This document shows, one piece after another, positions 1 through 12,435 of a stretch of 64,000 bases of DNA; the stretch's first letter is position 1, and every line of letters begins with the position of its first letter. The stretch is from Octopus sinensis. Its lineage: Eukaryota. The DNA lies in NCBI RefSeq assembly GCF_006345805.1, contig NC_042997.1:82646001-82710000 (forward strand). The letters are read 5' to 3'. The notes beneath the pieces were generated by a model, which saw only the letters and a program-made list of their open reading frames with translations, made no database searches and was not told the DNA's origin. The translations under genes were made by a program, and so were the position numbers.

Positions 1-300
1 TCTGTTCTCCATGCTAGCATGGGTTGGATGGTTTGACCGGGGATCTGGGAAGCCAGAAGGCTACACCAGGCTCCAGTCTTATCTGGCAATGTTTCTACAG
101 CTGGATGCCCTTCCTAATGCCAACCACTCCGTGAGTGTAGTGGGTGCTTTTTACGTGCCACCTGCACAGTTGCCAGGCGAGGCTGGCAACGGTCGGATTG
201 GTGCATTTTACATGCCACCAGCACGGAAGCCAGTCGAGGCGGCACTGGCATCGGCCACGATTCGGATGGTGCTTTTTACGTGCCACCGGCATGGAAGCCA
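1..300 (-). mobile_element. SINE/LINE-tail-type repeat (family D here)
   Basis: ctggatgcccttcctaatgccaaccac motif plus three gtgcttttt(a)cgtgccacc subrepeats; related pieces at about 30990-31240, 42130-42260 and 46385-46540. Confidence 0.7.
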
Positions 301-304
301 GTTG

Positions 305-2110
305 AGGTACATAACAAAAAATTGTAAACTGAATGACCAACCCTGCAATTTTTGCAAGATCATCATCCAAAATGTGAAGGACTTCTCTAAGTATTGTACA
401 GCTAAAAGAAATGTCCCATTTATCAAACTGCAGCCAGTTCTTCTGGTCTCTTAACAAAAGAATCTCTAATAATTTTGTGGAATTCTCCTTTCCTTCATTT
501 CTCAATCATAATGTCTCTGTTAGCAGGACTCCAATGGAAAAAAATCCCTCATATTAATTCACTGCTTTGCATCCAATTCCACACTGCACATGCTCCACTT
601 TGATAAATTTAAAACATTATTCCTTTCCATTTTCCAGACTCATCCATGCATGCATAAATGTTATTTTGTAAATTTACATTTGGTCACATCAAAGCAACAA
701 AGCCATCATCTTTGATGATGTACATTCTATTCTGCTTAAACAATGCACCCAGACTAGCTCTCATTTTCACTATACTTTTTAATCTCTCTCCCACACTCTC
801 TTTTCCCAGAAATATGTTTTGATGTTTGGAAACATACTACATTCTGTAAAAAGAGCAACCCCTCTAACCCTGCCAAATATTGTCCTATCACACTTCCAAC
901 ATTTGTAAGGTAATGGCAATAGCTATTTACAACCTTCTTCTCCAATACCTTCAGTTTCTCTATCCACTAAATAACCACAGGTAGAGCCTCCATAAAACTA
1001 CATCAAAAGAGACCCTTTTCTGTTCCATAACAGTGATTCCTTAATCATGAGAAATCTGGTGAAAACGGTGTTGTTGTGCCAAACATCAGCAAGGTATTTG
1101 ACCATGTCTAATGTACAAATCTCTTAGTAAGTAGACCTTTTCTGCCTCTTTGCATATAGTTTGCATCTTTTGGATCTATAACTTTTGTCAAATTACACTG
1201 TTGAGATATGCACTGAAGGAGCTTCCTCTGACTCACACTCTATTGATTCTGATGTGCCAAAAAGTTTGGTGCTCATCTTAAATTTTTTCTCCTGTAGCCC
1301 AATGTCCTACTTGCTGTTGCCTCGAATAATGGCCATTCTTATGTGGATGATACTGCCCTTCCACCCTCTCTAAACATCCTCATACAAATGTGATGCACAT
1401 ACCTCGTTTCAAACCTGCAAATTAGATACTTTGCTTCAAACCTGCACTGATTCCATGAGCAAAAACTTTGAAAACATCCTCCAATAGGATTATGTAAATT
1501 TTATCTCCTTCAATTGCACAATGACATAACAATTACACGTTTAGAAAACAGTATTATATCCTACCCCTAAGCACGAACAGTACTCAAATAGAATCCTCAA
1601 GTTCACTGAAGATCTCTCCTGGCAAACACACATCCTTCATATCACAAAAACTAGCTTTTTTCTTCAGGACCAGAAACTAGACAAAGCTCAGGTGAAGGGC
1701 CCACAGCAGAATACTAATCTTACATCTAGGACAGTACTGCCTCTACTCCCACAGATATCTTAGATTGCATAAAAAAAGAGGTCACCTATCTGACTGGCAA
1801 GAAATTACTTCTCAACACTCTCTAATATCCTTCCCACAGATGCAGTGTCATCTCTCTATTTTTATATCACTACTACAATGGTCTCTAGCACTTGAAACTG
1901 GTTGGTCTAGAACAACAACTGCTCAGACTATCCTGACTCAATCATTTCTCTTTTTCTCATTACCCACGTTTATCCATCCACATTATTCACTACACCTATT
2001 CCTTCTCCTGCAGAACATCTGCCTTCTAGAATTCCCTCCTTGGTTATATTTTCCCCAAAATAGTTAACTTGTGTCTATTCAAGAGAAACATCAACCATAT
2101 TGTTCTCCAT
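305..2110 (+). mobile_element. Decayed CR1/L2/Jockey-group LINE ORF2 (reverse transcriptase) remnant
   Basis: Broken frames give KKSNPSNPAKYCPITL (NYRPISL-like), ISKVFDHV (DISKAFD), DSDVPKSLVL (SGVPQGSVL), YVDDT (YADD) and a C-terminal FSCRTSAF...LFKRNIN. Confidence 0.8.
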
Positions 2111-2323
2111 GACCTTGGAGGGCTTGTGAGTGTCATGGGCTCTTTTTCCACACTAAACAAATCCAATAAAAAGGTGATTTATGGAATAACTGCCATAAGA
2201 AAAATGTATGTGCATAAAACCCTAGGGCATATCAACATGGCTACTTGGTACATATTTCGGTACTGTAACGGTTGGACACTTAACAAGCAGGTACATGTAA
2301 CTATTATTATATAGCAAATAAAC

Positions 2324-2632
2324 ACATACAGGCTCGCTATCATCAGGTAGTGAGTTCAATTCCTGGACCAGGCTGTATGTTGTGCTCTTGAGCAAGACAC
2401 TTTATTTCATGTTGCTCCAGTTCACTCAGCTGTAGAAATGAGTTGCAACATCACTGGTGCCAAGCTGTATCAGCTTTTGCCTTTCCCTTGGATAACATTT
2501 GTGGTGTGGAGGCTGGTATGCATGGGTGACTGTGGGTATTCCATAAAAACAACCTTGCCTGGACTTGTGTCTTGGAAGGTAACTTTGTAGGTGCAATCCC
2601 ATGGTCATTCATGACCAAAGGGGGTCTTTTAC
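2324..2632 (+). mobile_element. tRNA-derived SINE with CORE-like central domain
   Basis: B-box-like gagttcaattcc then cttgagcaagacactttatttcatgttgctccagttcactcagctgtagaaatgag; same core at 13521-13810, 16865-17030 and 30632-30950. Confidence 0.75.
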
Positions 2633-2868
2633 ATAGCAATTTACTAAATGGTGTGTGGTTTATGATTATGAGGTACATGACAACTAAGTGCTTAACAAGA
2701 ATGCATATAACAACAAAGTTTGTGAGAATTTGGAACATCATATATACATACATAGCTATTGTGTGTAGCAACCAGGTACATGAAAAAAAAACTGAGTATG
2801 TGAATAATAAATAAATAGTAGTTAGATACATAATATGCATCGATTAAGAATACAATAATCATGCCTAC

Positions 2869-2968
2869 CCAATGCGACAGTTCCCATGAGGAAAGAATTG
2901 CCAATATTGTGGTAGTCGTCAATAACATTCTCTCGGATTTTGAAGCCAATAATGCAAGTTATTATCAC
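2869..2968 (-). CDS. Permease exon H (100 nt, phase 0-1): VIITCIIGFKIRENVIDDYHNIGNSFLMGTVAL(G)
   Basis: ctcttatttctttttccag|GTGATAATA...GCATTGG|gtaggc. Confidence 0.92.
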
Positions 2969-3814
2969 CTGGAAAAAGAAATAAGAGGGTTTTTTTGTGA
3001 AACTGTTTTGAATTTATTTCTTTATGTTTGCATGTTTGGTATCATTTATTTGGTTGAGCAAAATTACTTTTACTGTTTGATATCTTTCCTACTCAAGCAC
3101 AATCAACCACGAAGTAGGAGTACAACGTATATTATTGCTGTTGGGTAAACTGAGTTACGTACCTTGATCAGGCAGACAACAAGCTCAACGGTTGCTGTAA
3201 AACCTGAATGTGATACAACACTTTAACCTCAGCCATAACCTTATGGAAAAGTAATTGTTTTCCAGCAGAATGTTGCTGGGACTATAATCTATAGAGTAAA
3301 ATAAAAAAAAAAAAACGACAGCTAAAAGATTGCAGTTCTTTCAGCCTCATCATGGTCAGAAACATAAGTGACTTTTTTGATGGGAATAAAATGATCAAAT
3401 AGAGCATATTTGACAATAACTGTATGAGAAAGATTGCACAACTCAATACAGAGCTTATGAATGATGTTATTATTTATAACAATATATATTTAATATAGCT
3501 TTCAAATAATTTTGAGATTATTACAATTAAGAGAGGTACAACATATACAGTTGAAAACTGAAGGTTTATGTTTTCAGTATAAGTAGGTCTTGCTCAGTTT
3601 TGATGTAGTCAGAATCATACATTCTCTCTTAGAGAGTTTTATATTGTGAAACTGCATTAAAGCTGAATGAAAGCCTCAACTAATTCTGAGGGTGATATAA
3701 TCTCAGTTTTAAAGTATTTTAGAGTAATATTCTTATATAAGCTTAAAAGCTGCCCTATTGGATGGCTTTTAAGCTAGTATATAGCTTTTAAGCAACCGAC
3801 CCCGAATGGGAAGA

Positions 3815-3892
3815 TCTGCAAACAGATCTCTGACTTGTGGAGATTTTGTTGCAATTGCTTCCTCCAGAGTCATATCCCAATGATGATCATAT
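3815..3892 (-). mobile_element. Possible Helitron Rep/helicase micro-fragment
   Basis: Translates DHHWDMTLEEAIATKSPQVRDLFA, like the Helitron motif HWDxTLxEA...SPxQxRxLFA; flanks do not continue the match. Confidence 0.45.
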
Positions 3893-4240
3893 TCTTCGCA
3901 AAAAATCATGTTAAAAATATTGCCAAAAATAATTGCAGTAATGAAAACACAGGAATCCAAAATTTCAGGAATGCAGGTCTGGATTTGGCTCAGAATGTTT
4001 TTAATTTACTCACAGAGTAAAGTCGAAAAAGTGTGATACACTGACATTCACATTTATTATATTAGATATGTTTAATTCTGGGGAAACTTAATTTCAATTA
4101 AAGTGTATTTTATGTATATGTGTGTGTGTGCGTGTATATATATATATATATTATATATATATATATATATATGGCGGTGCCCCAGCATGGCCACAGCTCA
4201 TTAGCTGAAACTGGAAAAATCAAAATCAAAATCATATATA

Positions 4241-4830
4241 CTTAATAAATAGGGTTCAGCAAAGATTTGCTTTACCACATACCGAAATTTAGAAATAGCA
4301 ACCAAAAAACGTTAGCTATTTCTTCTATTTTAAAAAGCCAAAATACTTGAAAACAATCACACAGGCAGAGAATTTTCTCCCTGATAACAAACTACAGATT
4401 TTTTTCTGTAGTAGCTTACTTGAAGACACATGAGGTCGGGCAGGGGAGGGTAATTGAGCCTCATTCATGTTTTGAATTCGGTGGTGCTAACATTGAATAT
4501 TATCTGTCGGATACCGTTAGGTAGAGAGATATGTTCAATTATTCCAGCACCTTCGAATCCTGGGTTCCTATGCTGAAGAGGAAAACGGTGGGTAAAGTAT
4601 AATTATATATTCTTTATTCCAAACCTAATTCCGAAACGCGCGTCCATAGGTGACCAGATATTGATTGATTTTCGTAACTTTTCCTCTCTGCCTGTGTGAT
4701 TGTTTTCAAGTACTTTGGTTTTTTTGGGAGTCCCTTTTTAAAGTAGAAGAAATAGGTAACGTTTTTTGGCTGCTATTTCTAAATTTCAGTATGTGGTAAA
4801 GCAAATCTTTGCTGAACCCTATTTATTAAG
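4241..4830. mobile_element. MITE with about 130-bp TIRs and TA target duplication
   Basis: ta|CTTAATAAATAGGGTTCAGCAAAGATTTGCTTTACCACATAC... and ...GTATGTGGTAAAGCAAATCTTTGCTGAACCCTATTTATTAAG|ta. Confidence 0.88.
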
Positions 4831-4931
4831 TATTACTTAAGTTTACCATGAAATGGTCCTTTTTTCATGCAGAATTCTGCTTGGTGAAATTATTAATTAA
4901 TTCTTAATTAATTAATTTTACCCTTTGTTAT

Positions 4932-4985
<54 letters not shown>

Positions 4986-5386
4986 ACGTATGTATTAAAG
5001 AAAGTAAAAAAATGTTCAGTATGTTGGCCACAGGAATTTCTGTCAAAGAGACATGGTTAAACAAAGTTGTATATCATCTCCCTCTTTCTCTCTCTCTTAT
5101 TATTACTCCCACTGCCACCATCAACACTACTACTTTTAACAAAACATCATCAACTCTCTCTCTCTCTTTTTCTTTCTCTCTCTGTCTTCGCCACCACCCT
5201 CACCATCTCTATGCCTACTATTACTCTCGTGCCATCATGAGGAATAGTAGAAGTGTCACTGAATAGTGAGACAGGGGAGTCAAAGTGTAACACACAAACA
5301 CACAGAAATTAGTTTTTGCATTGATTATATGATATTATATTAAGGCGGCAAGCTGGCAGAATCATTAGCTACACACACACACACAC

Positions 5387-5541
5387 AATGGGCTTCTTTC
5401 AGTTTCCATCTACTAAATCCACTTACATGGCTTTAGTTAGCCTGAGGCTATAGTAGAAGACATTTGCCCAAGGTTCCACACAGTGAGATTGAACCTGGAA
5501 CTATGTGGTTGGGAAGAAAGCTTCTTATCAAACAGCCACAT
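5387..5541 (-). mobile_element. SINE family A, 5' head only
   Basis: Reverse complement of ggctgtgtggtaagaagcttgcttcccaaccacatggttc...gaaactgaaagaagccc; preceded by 28 bp of a family B 5' end (5343-5370). Confidence 0.8.
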
Positions 5542-5734
5542 CCTGTTAAGGTGATGCAAAAAAAAAAGAGTTAATCAAAGAGGGAGTGATAGAAGAGCCA
5601 GAGTGAGTGAGTGAAGAGAGAAAGAGTATAATTGTAGAAACAGAGTGGTTGGGGAGAAGGTAGTAGAGGGGAATAATGGAAGATAAATAGAGATACCAAC
5701 TGCCTGATTACTGATGAAAGAGCGAAGGAGCAAA

Positions 5735-5771
<37 letters not shown>

Positions 5772-6734
5772 AGAGAAAGTTAGTATTACTCTCTCTAGCC
5801 TAATTTTTTTCCCCAGTCTTTGCAAGTCTGTCTATTAGTTTTTATGGCTTTATATATTGTACTATTTCACCACCATGTCACATGTGAGGCCTTGTACCAG
5901 CCACATATTTGGTCTGTAGTTCTCATCAAGTTGTTCCACCAGAAATTCCTTGTTTTTTCTCTATTTTATAAGCCCCTGCCCTGTCTCTACCTCATTTCCA
6001 TCTATAATATCAACTAGAACTTTTCTGAATCTAAGAGCAGAGCACTTGACTCTTACTTTCAGAGACATTTCTTTCTCCAAATTGTTGTTTGCCTCCAAGT
6101 ATATCTAGCTCTAACTCTGAAGTCACTAACCACTAACCTATGTTAGATAGGACATTTTACAACCATTTTACAACCATCTGCCCATCACATTTTCTGGTGG
6201 AGATAGAGTCTATTTGGGTTTTGTGTTCATCTAATTGGGTGGTTGGCCAGTTTCCTGAAGTTCATATTGGTTAGCTAATTTGCATTACAGAACTTTAGAA
6301 AATCTGATCTTGTATCATATGCATAGCTTCTACATAAATTGGACAAGTGATCATAGTGTTGCTGAATATGTCGATTGAAATTTCCAGCAGGGACATTCAA
6401 CTTCATTCATTATTGAGATAGTTTACAGGAAGTCCAAATAAGAATGGTCCTTGTGCCAGCCCAGTTTGTGGACCATATTTAGAGATAACCAATGACTGGC
6501 CAAAGCTTAATTAGTCTATTTGCACAAAATGTTTGAAGAAAAAGTAATACGAATACAACTGCATGATGTTGAAGAAATGAACATGAAAGATGGAAACCTA
6601 TATTTGCTGGAAGTAGCAGTGAGATCATTTTGATATTGTTCCTTATGTTGTGAAACAAGAGTGGACACACACGCATGCACATGAATAAAATGAAACAATT
6701 GACAAAATAAATAAAGAAATAAAATTATACTCAC

Positions 6735-6858
6735 AGTTAAAGCAAATGCCAAACCCTTCAAGAGGGTGAGAAATGATACAATTGGTTTAATCAAATGGAG
6801 TGCAAATATTATAAATGATGAGAGAACACAGACATAGACAGGCATAATATAAACTTTC
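6735..6858 (-). CDS. Permease exon G (124 nt, phase 2-0): (E)KVYIMPVYVCVLSSFIIFALHLIKPIVSFLTLLKGLAFALT
   Basis: aaatctatttgtag|GAAAGTTTAT...GCTTTAACT|gtgagt; lies inside ORF-track call 6516..6935 (-). Confidence 0.92.
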
Positions 6859-7157
6859 CTACAAATAGATTTAAAATTAAAATCAAAAGAAGAAACGTAT
6901 GTAATTTGTAATATTCTGAAGTATATTTTTGACATAATTTTGATATCATGGTTTCAATATCCTGGCATTTCTAAATGTACTACAATGGTAAGATGTAATT
7001 TACCATAATTTAAAAACCTTAAATGCTGGTGTAGCTAAGTAATTAACATTGTCTTGCAACTACACAGCTCTGGGTTTGATCTCATTGTGTGATACCTTGG
7101 GTAAATGTTTTATACTCAGCATGAGCAATGCTTTGTGGATGGAATTGGATCAAAGAA

Positions 7158-7351
7158 TATTCTTTTATTCTTTTACATGTTTCAGTCATTTGACTATGGC
7201 CATGCAGGAGCACCACCTTTAGTTGAGCAAATCAACCCCAAGACTTATTCTTTGTAAGCCTAGTACTTATTGTATTGGTCTCTTTTGCTGAACTGCTAAG
7301 TTACTGGGATGTAAACACACCAGCATTGGTTGTCAAGTGATGTTAGGGGGA

Positions 7352-7402
<51 letters not shown>

Positions 7403-7562
7403 ACACACACACACACACACATACACCAGGCTACTTTCAGTTTCTGTCTACCAAATCCACTCACAAGGCTTTGGTCGATCCGAGACTATAGTAGAAGACA
7501 CTTGCCCAAGGTGCCATGCAGTGGGACTGAACCTGCAACCATGTGGCTGGTTAGTGAGCTAC
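7158..7562 (-). mobile_element. SINE family A, near full length (head + internal CA/TG microsatellite + tail)
   Basis: Tail 7158-7355, (CA)n 7356-7422, head 7423-7562; CpGs mostly converted to TG/CA. Confidence 0.88.
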
Positions 7563-8032
7563 TCCTGCATCTGAGCAAAAGGCCATTGTATGTATGTATT
7601 TATGGATGTGTGTGTGTATGTGCATGTGTATATATATATATATATACATATATACTCATACATACACACATATAGATATGTATACATAAACGTATACACA
7701 GTAAAATTGGACCAATGTAAGTTGGACCTTTTTTATATGTATCCATTTTACTTCTAAACATATACACACGCATATATACATGCACGTTTTTCACAGTAGA
7801 GCACTCTGTAAGCATCAGCATAATCTCAGGAAAGCAAAACTTTTCTGATTGTAAATCAATATGTTCACTTTGTTCCTCTTGTACATCTCATCAGTTAGAT
7901 GTATCAGTTTGTATATCTACCCTATTATGATAGACTGCTATTTAAAGCAATGCTTCATAGAAATTTAGCCCTTTTATACAAAATGAAGAAGTGAGTAGCT
8001 ACTGATATTTCTAAATATCCTGTAAGGATATA

Positions 8033-8190
8033 CCATGTGACTATGTGGTAAAAAGCTTGCTTTCTAACCACATGGTTCTGGGTTCAGTCCCACTGCATGG
8101 CACTATGAGCAAGTTTCTTCTACTATAGCCCCAGACTGATCAAAGCCTTATGAGTGAATCTGGTAGATGGAAACTGAAAGAAGCTCATTG
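8033..8190 (+). mobile_element. SINE family A head
   Basis: gactatgtggtaaaaagcttgctttctaaccacatggttctgggttcagtccc...ggaaactgaaagaagctc. Confidence 0.8.
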
Positions 8191-8402
8191 TATATATATA
8201 TATATATATATAAAATATATAATTATTTAAATATAACTATAGTAAGAGCACTAATGAGTAGCACCACATGCTAGAAATAGACACCAAATAGCTCTAAGAA
8301 CTACATTATTTACCACACTGGCACGGGCTGAAAATGAGGAAAATGAACAAAAAGGATTTTTCATAAATGGTTTAACCATAGATCAATGACTGAAACAAGT
8401 AA

Positions 8403-10886
8403 AAGAGATACTCTTAGATAAAGATAGTTATAGCCAGTTTATAGGGTTAGCCAGGGTCCATAAAGTGCTTAGCTTTACAACGTCTCATCAGACCCTAATG
8501 ACTGGTGGCCTGTCTCTTCAAAATGGAGGGACAAAAGGCTTTGTAGCTAGTTACTGAATTCACAAAGGAGGAACGGCAAGTGCAATGGATTGTCCCCCTT
8601 AGACTGCTATCCAGAATCCACCCAGTCAGCTTGCGATTTCAGTAGGAATAACCTGAAGTGTAAGCAGGGTCTGAAGACTTCCATCCTCGAATTTGAAATG
8701 TTCCCCAGGTTGAGGGAGTTATTTAATTTCCTTGCCTGTTCCACTATGCACATAAAAAAATTCTGACAGGTCCCTAATCTTCTCAGATAAGACAAAAAGA
8801 AAACTATATAAGATAGACACCCACACTTATAGGCTATTAGAAGACCACATTACAGAGAACTACAGGAGTGCTCCCCTCCACATATACAACAACATCAACA
8901 GTAAAACCAAACAGTTAGCCAACAACTTAGATGTAGCACATATAAGGAGAGCCACCAATCTCTCCCTAGGGTGTAGCACTAACAAAGTGATTACCTGATT
9001 TAATACCAACAAGGAGAGGGGAAGTGCAAAGTTGACCCAATTCGACACCTGTCAAAAGGATTACTGGTCAAGGTACTGTCCTTCACTAGAGGCTTCACTG
9101 ATATTAGCAACAGAGACATAGATGTCATCATGCATGTCAGGTCCTGTTTAATAAAGGTTTGACCTGGGTCAACAAAACTGACCCCGTGGGGTTTTTTGAC
9201 ATAGTAATGCTGGCCTATGACAATGCTGACGTATGAGACCTCATTGGATACCCTAAAGAAGAAATTCCACTCTGTCCTCTTTGGTATCTACTGAGATGAT
9301 GCCCTGGCTATCTCTAGAAGGACTAATGGGCACACCCTAGATAAGCTTAGAAAAGATCTGATTAGCACCCTTAGATCATGGGACTGATAACTACAATTGG
9401 GACCAACCTCACCATTATGAACTTCTTAGACTTGGGCTCTGGTACATACAGGCCGTACTGCAAACCATATGAAAGGCTGGCATATATCGACACAGCTTCC
9501 TGTGTTCAGAAACCTGGTGAAGGGTGTCAGTAAAAGGATCTTAAACCTGTCCTCTAGCCAAAAACTTTTGAACACAGTAGACCCCTACTATAACAAGACC
9601 CTAACTGCTAGCAGGTTTAGGGACTGCATCTCCTACATGCTAGGCCCTAACATCCACAGAAGGAAGCACCAGCGAAATATTATTTGGTTTCCCCCCTCCC
9701 TTCTTCCTCAATGTAAAATCATATGTAGGTAGGATATTCCTTAGGCTAGTAGATAAGCACTTTACACAATCACATAGGTATGGATGCTTATTCAACAGAC
9801 ACAACCTAACAGTCTCTTTTATTTGCACACCCAGTATTAAGAGTATTTTAGTTAACACCCCTAGGCTACAAGTGTAGGCAAAAATACTCATGCAGGAACT
9901 ATAGCAGATGCTCAGTGGGAGGCCAATGCAAAACCATGGGGGTCGTTTATGAGACTGAAGTGGTATCTGACCCTAATGGCAGCAGCAGATTTTCTACCAT
10001 CTACAGCAATAGCAGTGATAATAGCAAGAGCAGCAACTTTAGCAGAAATAGCAGCAGCACCTTTGCTAACGATAAAGCTGATAATGATAATAATATCAAC
10101 AATAACAACCACCACTATAGCAGCATCAATAGAGACATCAAAAATGACAACAACAACAATGCCAACACCAACTCTGCCACTGATGACGTCCCTTATGTTA
10201 GCATTAACAACAACACTAGCACAAACAATAGCAGAAGTAGCAGCATCAACATCAAAAGAAGCAACAACTCCAACAGCAGCAGCAGTAAGACCAACAGCAG
10301 CAGCAGTAAGACCAACAGCAGCATTCAAAATTACATTGGATGTTCTGGAAACACCTTCAAGCAGTGCCTCTACAGCCACGATCATGTAGAGATATTATGC
10401 CACATCCTTGGCCAGCCATGTGTGGTGCCTGAAGGACAAATGGACTGTACATGTAATCATGTGGAAAATCTTAGAAAAATCAGGTTCCTACATCAACAGG
10501 AGCAAGTGTTGCAAGCAATGCATGGTGGAACGGATGAGAATATTAAAGAACTCCCTTGACCCAGAGAACATCTCAAATTCCAGGATGGTAGTCTTCAGAC
10601 CCTGCTTACATTTGAGGCAATGCCTACTGAAATCCTGGGACCTGCAAGCTGAGTAAATCCCAGATAGCAGTCTAAGGGAGACAATCCCTTGCACTTGACC
10701 TTTCTCCTTTGTCTGTGTGCTCAATAACTAGCAATGAGACTTTTTCTCCATTAATTTTGAAGAGAGGTTATAGGCCACCAATCACTAGGGTCTGATGAAA
10801 TATTGTAAAGCTAAGCACTTTATGGGTGTAAAACCCAGGGTAACCCTATGAACTGGCTGTGACTATCTTTCTCTAAATACTCTTCA
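8403..10886 (+). mobile_element. Penelope-like element (RT + GIY-YIG) with inverted 5' copy of its 3' end (pLTR)
   Basis: Broken frames encode QFD, FDIVM..YD..DV, GIY*DDALAIS (GLYRDDG), NFLD, RNIIWF.PP, VVY...YIGCSGNTFKQ and WKILEK...C..C; 8403-8790 is the diverged reverse complement of about 10500-10886. Confidence 0.9.
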
Positions 10887-10934
10887 GTTCTATAACTTAG
10901 AATGTGCTTCTGTTTCAGATTTATGATTTACTGA

Positions 10935-10982
<48 letters not shown>

Positions 10983-10987
<5 letters not shown>

Positions 10988-11185
10988 ACTTTTTGCTTGT
11001 TTTAGTCATTAGACTACAGCCATGCTGGGGTACCACATTGAAGAATTTGCAGTCAAATGTATTGACCCTAGTACTTTTTTTAAAGCCTGGTACGTATTCT
11101 ATTGATCTCCTTTACTGAACTGCTAAGTTGCAGAGGCATAATCACACCAACACCAGTTGTCAATAGGTGGAGGGGAAAGACAAAC

Positions 11186-11235
<50 letters not shown>

Positions 11236-11596
11236 TGGAAAATGTGCGAAATCCTAGGGACAGTTAGGTATATTTGAAAAAAAAGAAAACAATGACTTCA
11301 CTGGTAGTTTTAATCAATTTAATGTTTTAATAATATAATTTTACAGTTTGGTTTGTAGATCTAGTCAGAAATCACATTGCATCTGTGCGGCTTGGCTGGC
11401 TAAGTCATTCTTTCCTTTTTCAAATATATAAATATATATATGACGGGCATTTTTCAGTTTCTGTCTACCAAATCCACTCATAAGGCTTTGGTTTGCCTGA
11501 GGCTATAGTAGAAGACACTTGCTCAAGTGCCACGCAGTAGGACTGAACCCGGAACCATGTGGTTGGGAAGGAAACTTCTTACCACACAGCCACATC
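10983..11596 (-). mobile_element. SINE family A interrupted by a MITE
   Basis: Tail 10983-11230 and head 11440-11596, with a foreign insert between them. Confidence 0.8.
11269..11428. mobile_element. Small MITE with about 28-bp TIRs nested in a SINE
   Basis: tatatttgaaaaaaaagaaaacaatgactt versus aagtcattctttcctttttcaaatata. Confidence 0.6.
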
Positions 11597-11599
11597 TAC

Positions 11600-11637
<38 letters not shown>

Positions 11638-12056
11638 ATGTGTGTGTGTGTCTTTGTGTCTGCATATGTTGTCCACACCACTGCTTGACAACCAGTGTTG
11701 GTGTGTAGACTTACAGAGATACCCGGCCTTCCTTGGGATTAAAATGGCATAGTTTTTCATTGTTTTACTTGTTTGGTTAATATAACCCGATTTCATTCAG
11801 GTCTACTTGGGCCACATTTTAAAAGATGAGGAATTTTGTCCTAGAGGTCACGCCTTTCATTTGAGGAAAAAAATAGTTGCCATGCAAACTCACCAGCACT
11901 TTTATCATAGATGTGCATATTTTCAGCTCAATCCGACCACATAATGCATGCATTATAAATACATATATACACATTAAATATATATATATAAATATGTACA
12001 TAAATACACATTATATATATATATATATATATATATAAATATGTAGATAAATACAC

Positions 12057-12110
<54 letters not shown>

Positions 12111-12114
<4 letters not shown>

Positions 12115-12387
12115 AATACAGATATGTACACTTTGTATATATATATATATACATCATATATACATATTTATATATAGATACCGGGAAGCTTTATGAAAAT
12201 AAACAAAAGATGAAGGCAGGTGGAATAGAAATAAACAATTGTATTAGTATGGCGCTCAGGAATATAAATAAAACAAGTCTTTTACGTTTCCAGCCTACGC
12301 TCTTCCACAGAAAGATACACAAAAAAGAAACACGGAGAGAAACAAGGAGAGAAAAAAAATGCGTGCACACACACACACACACACACA

Positions 12388-12435
<48 letters not shown>

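Noticed and set aside
11-505. ORFs 11..454 (+), 95..505 (-) and 208..426 (-)
   Set aside because: They span a SINE-type tail and a LINE linker. None supplies the phase-1 exon expected after exon H.
9912-10389. ORFs 9912..10385 (-) and 9949..10389 (+) as genes
   Set aside because: They are alternative frames of the low-complexity insert in the Penelope nuclease.
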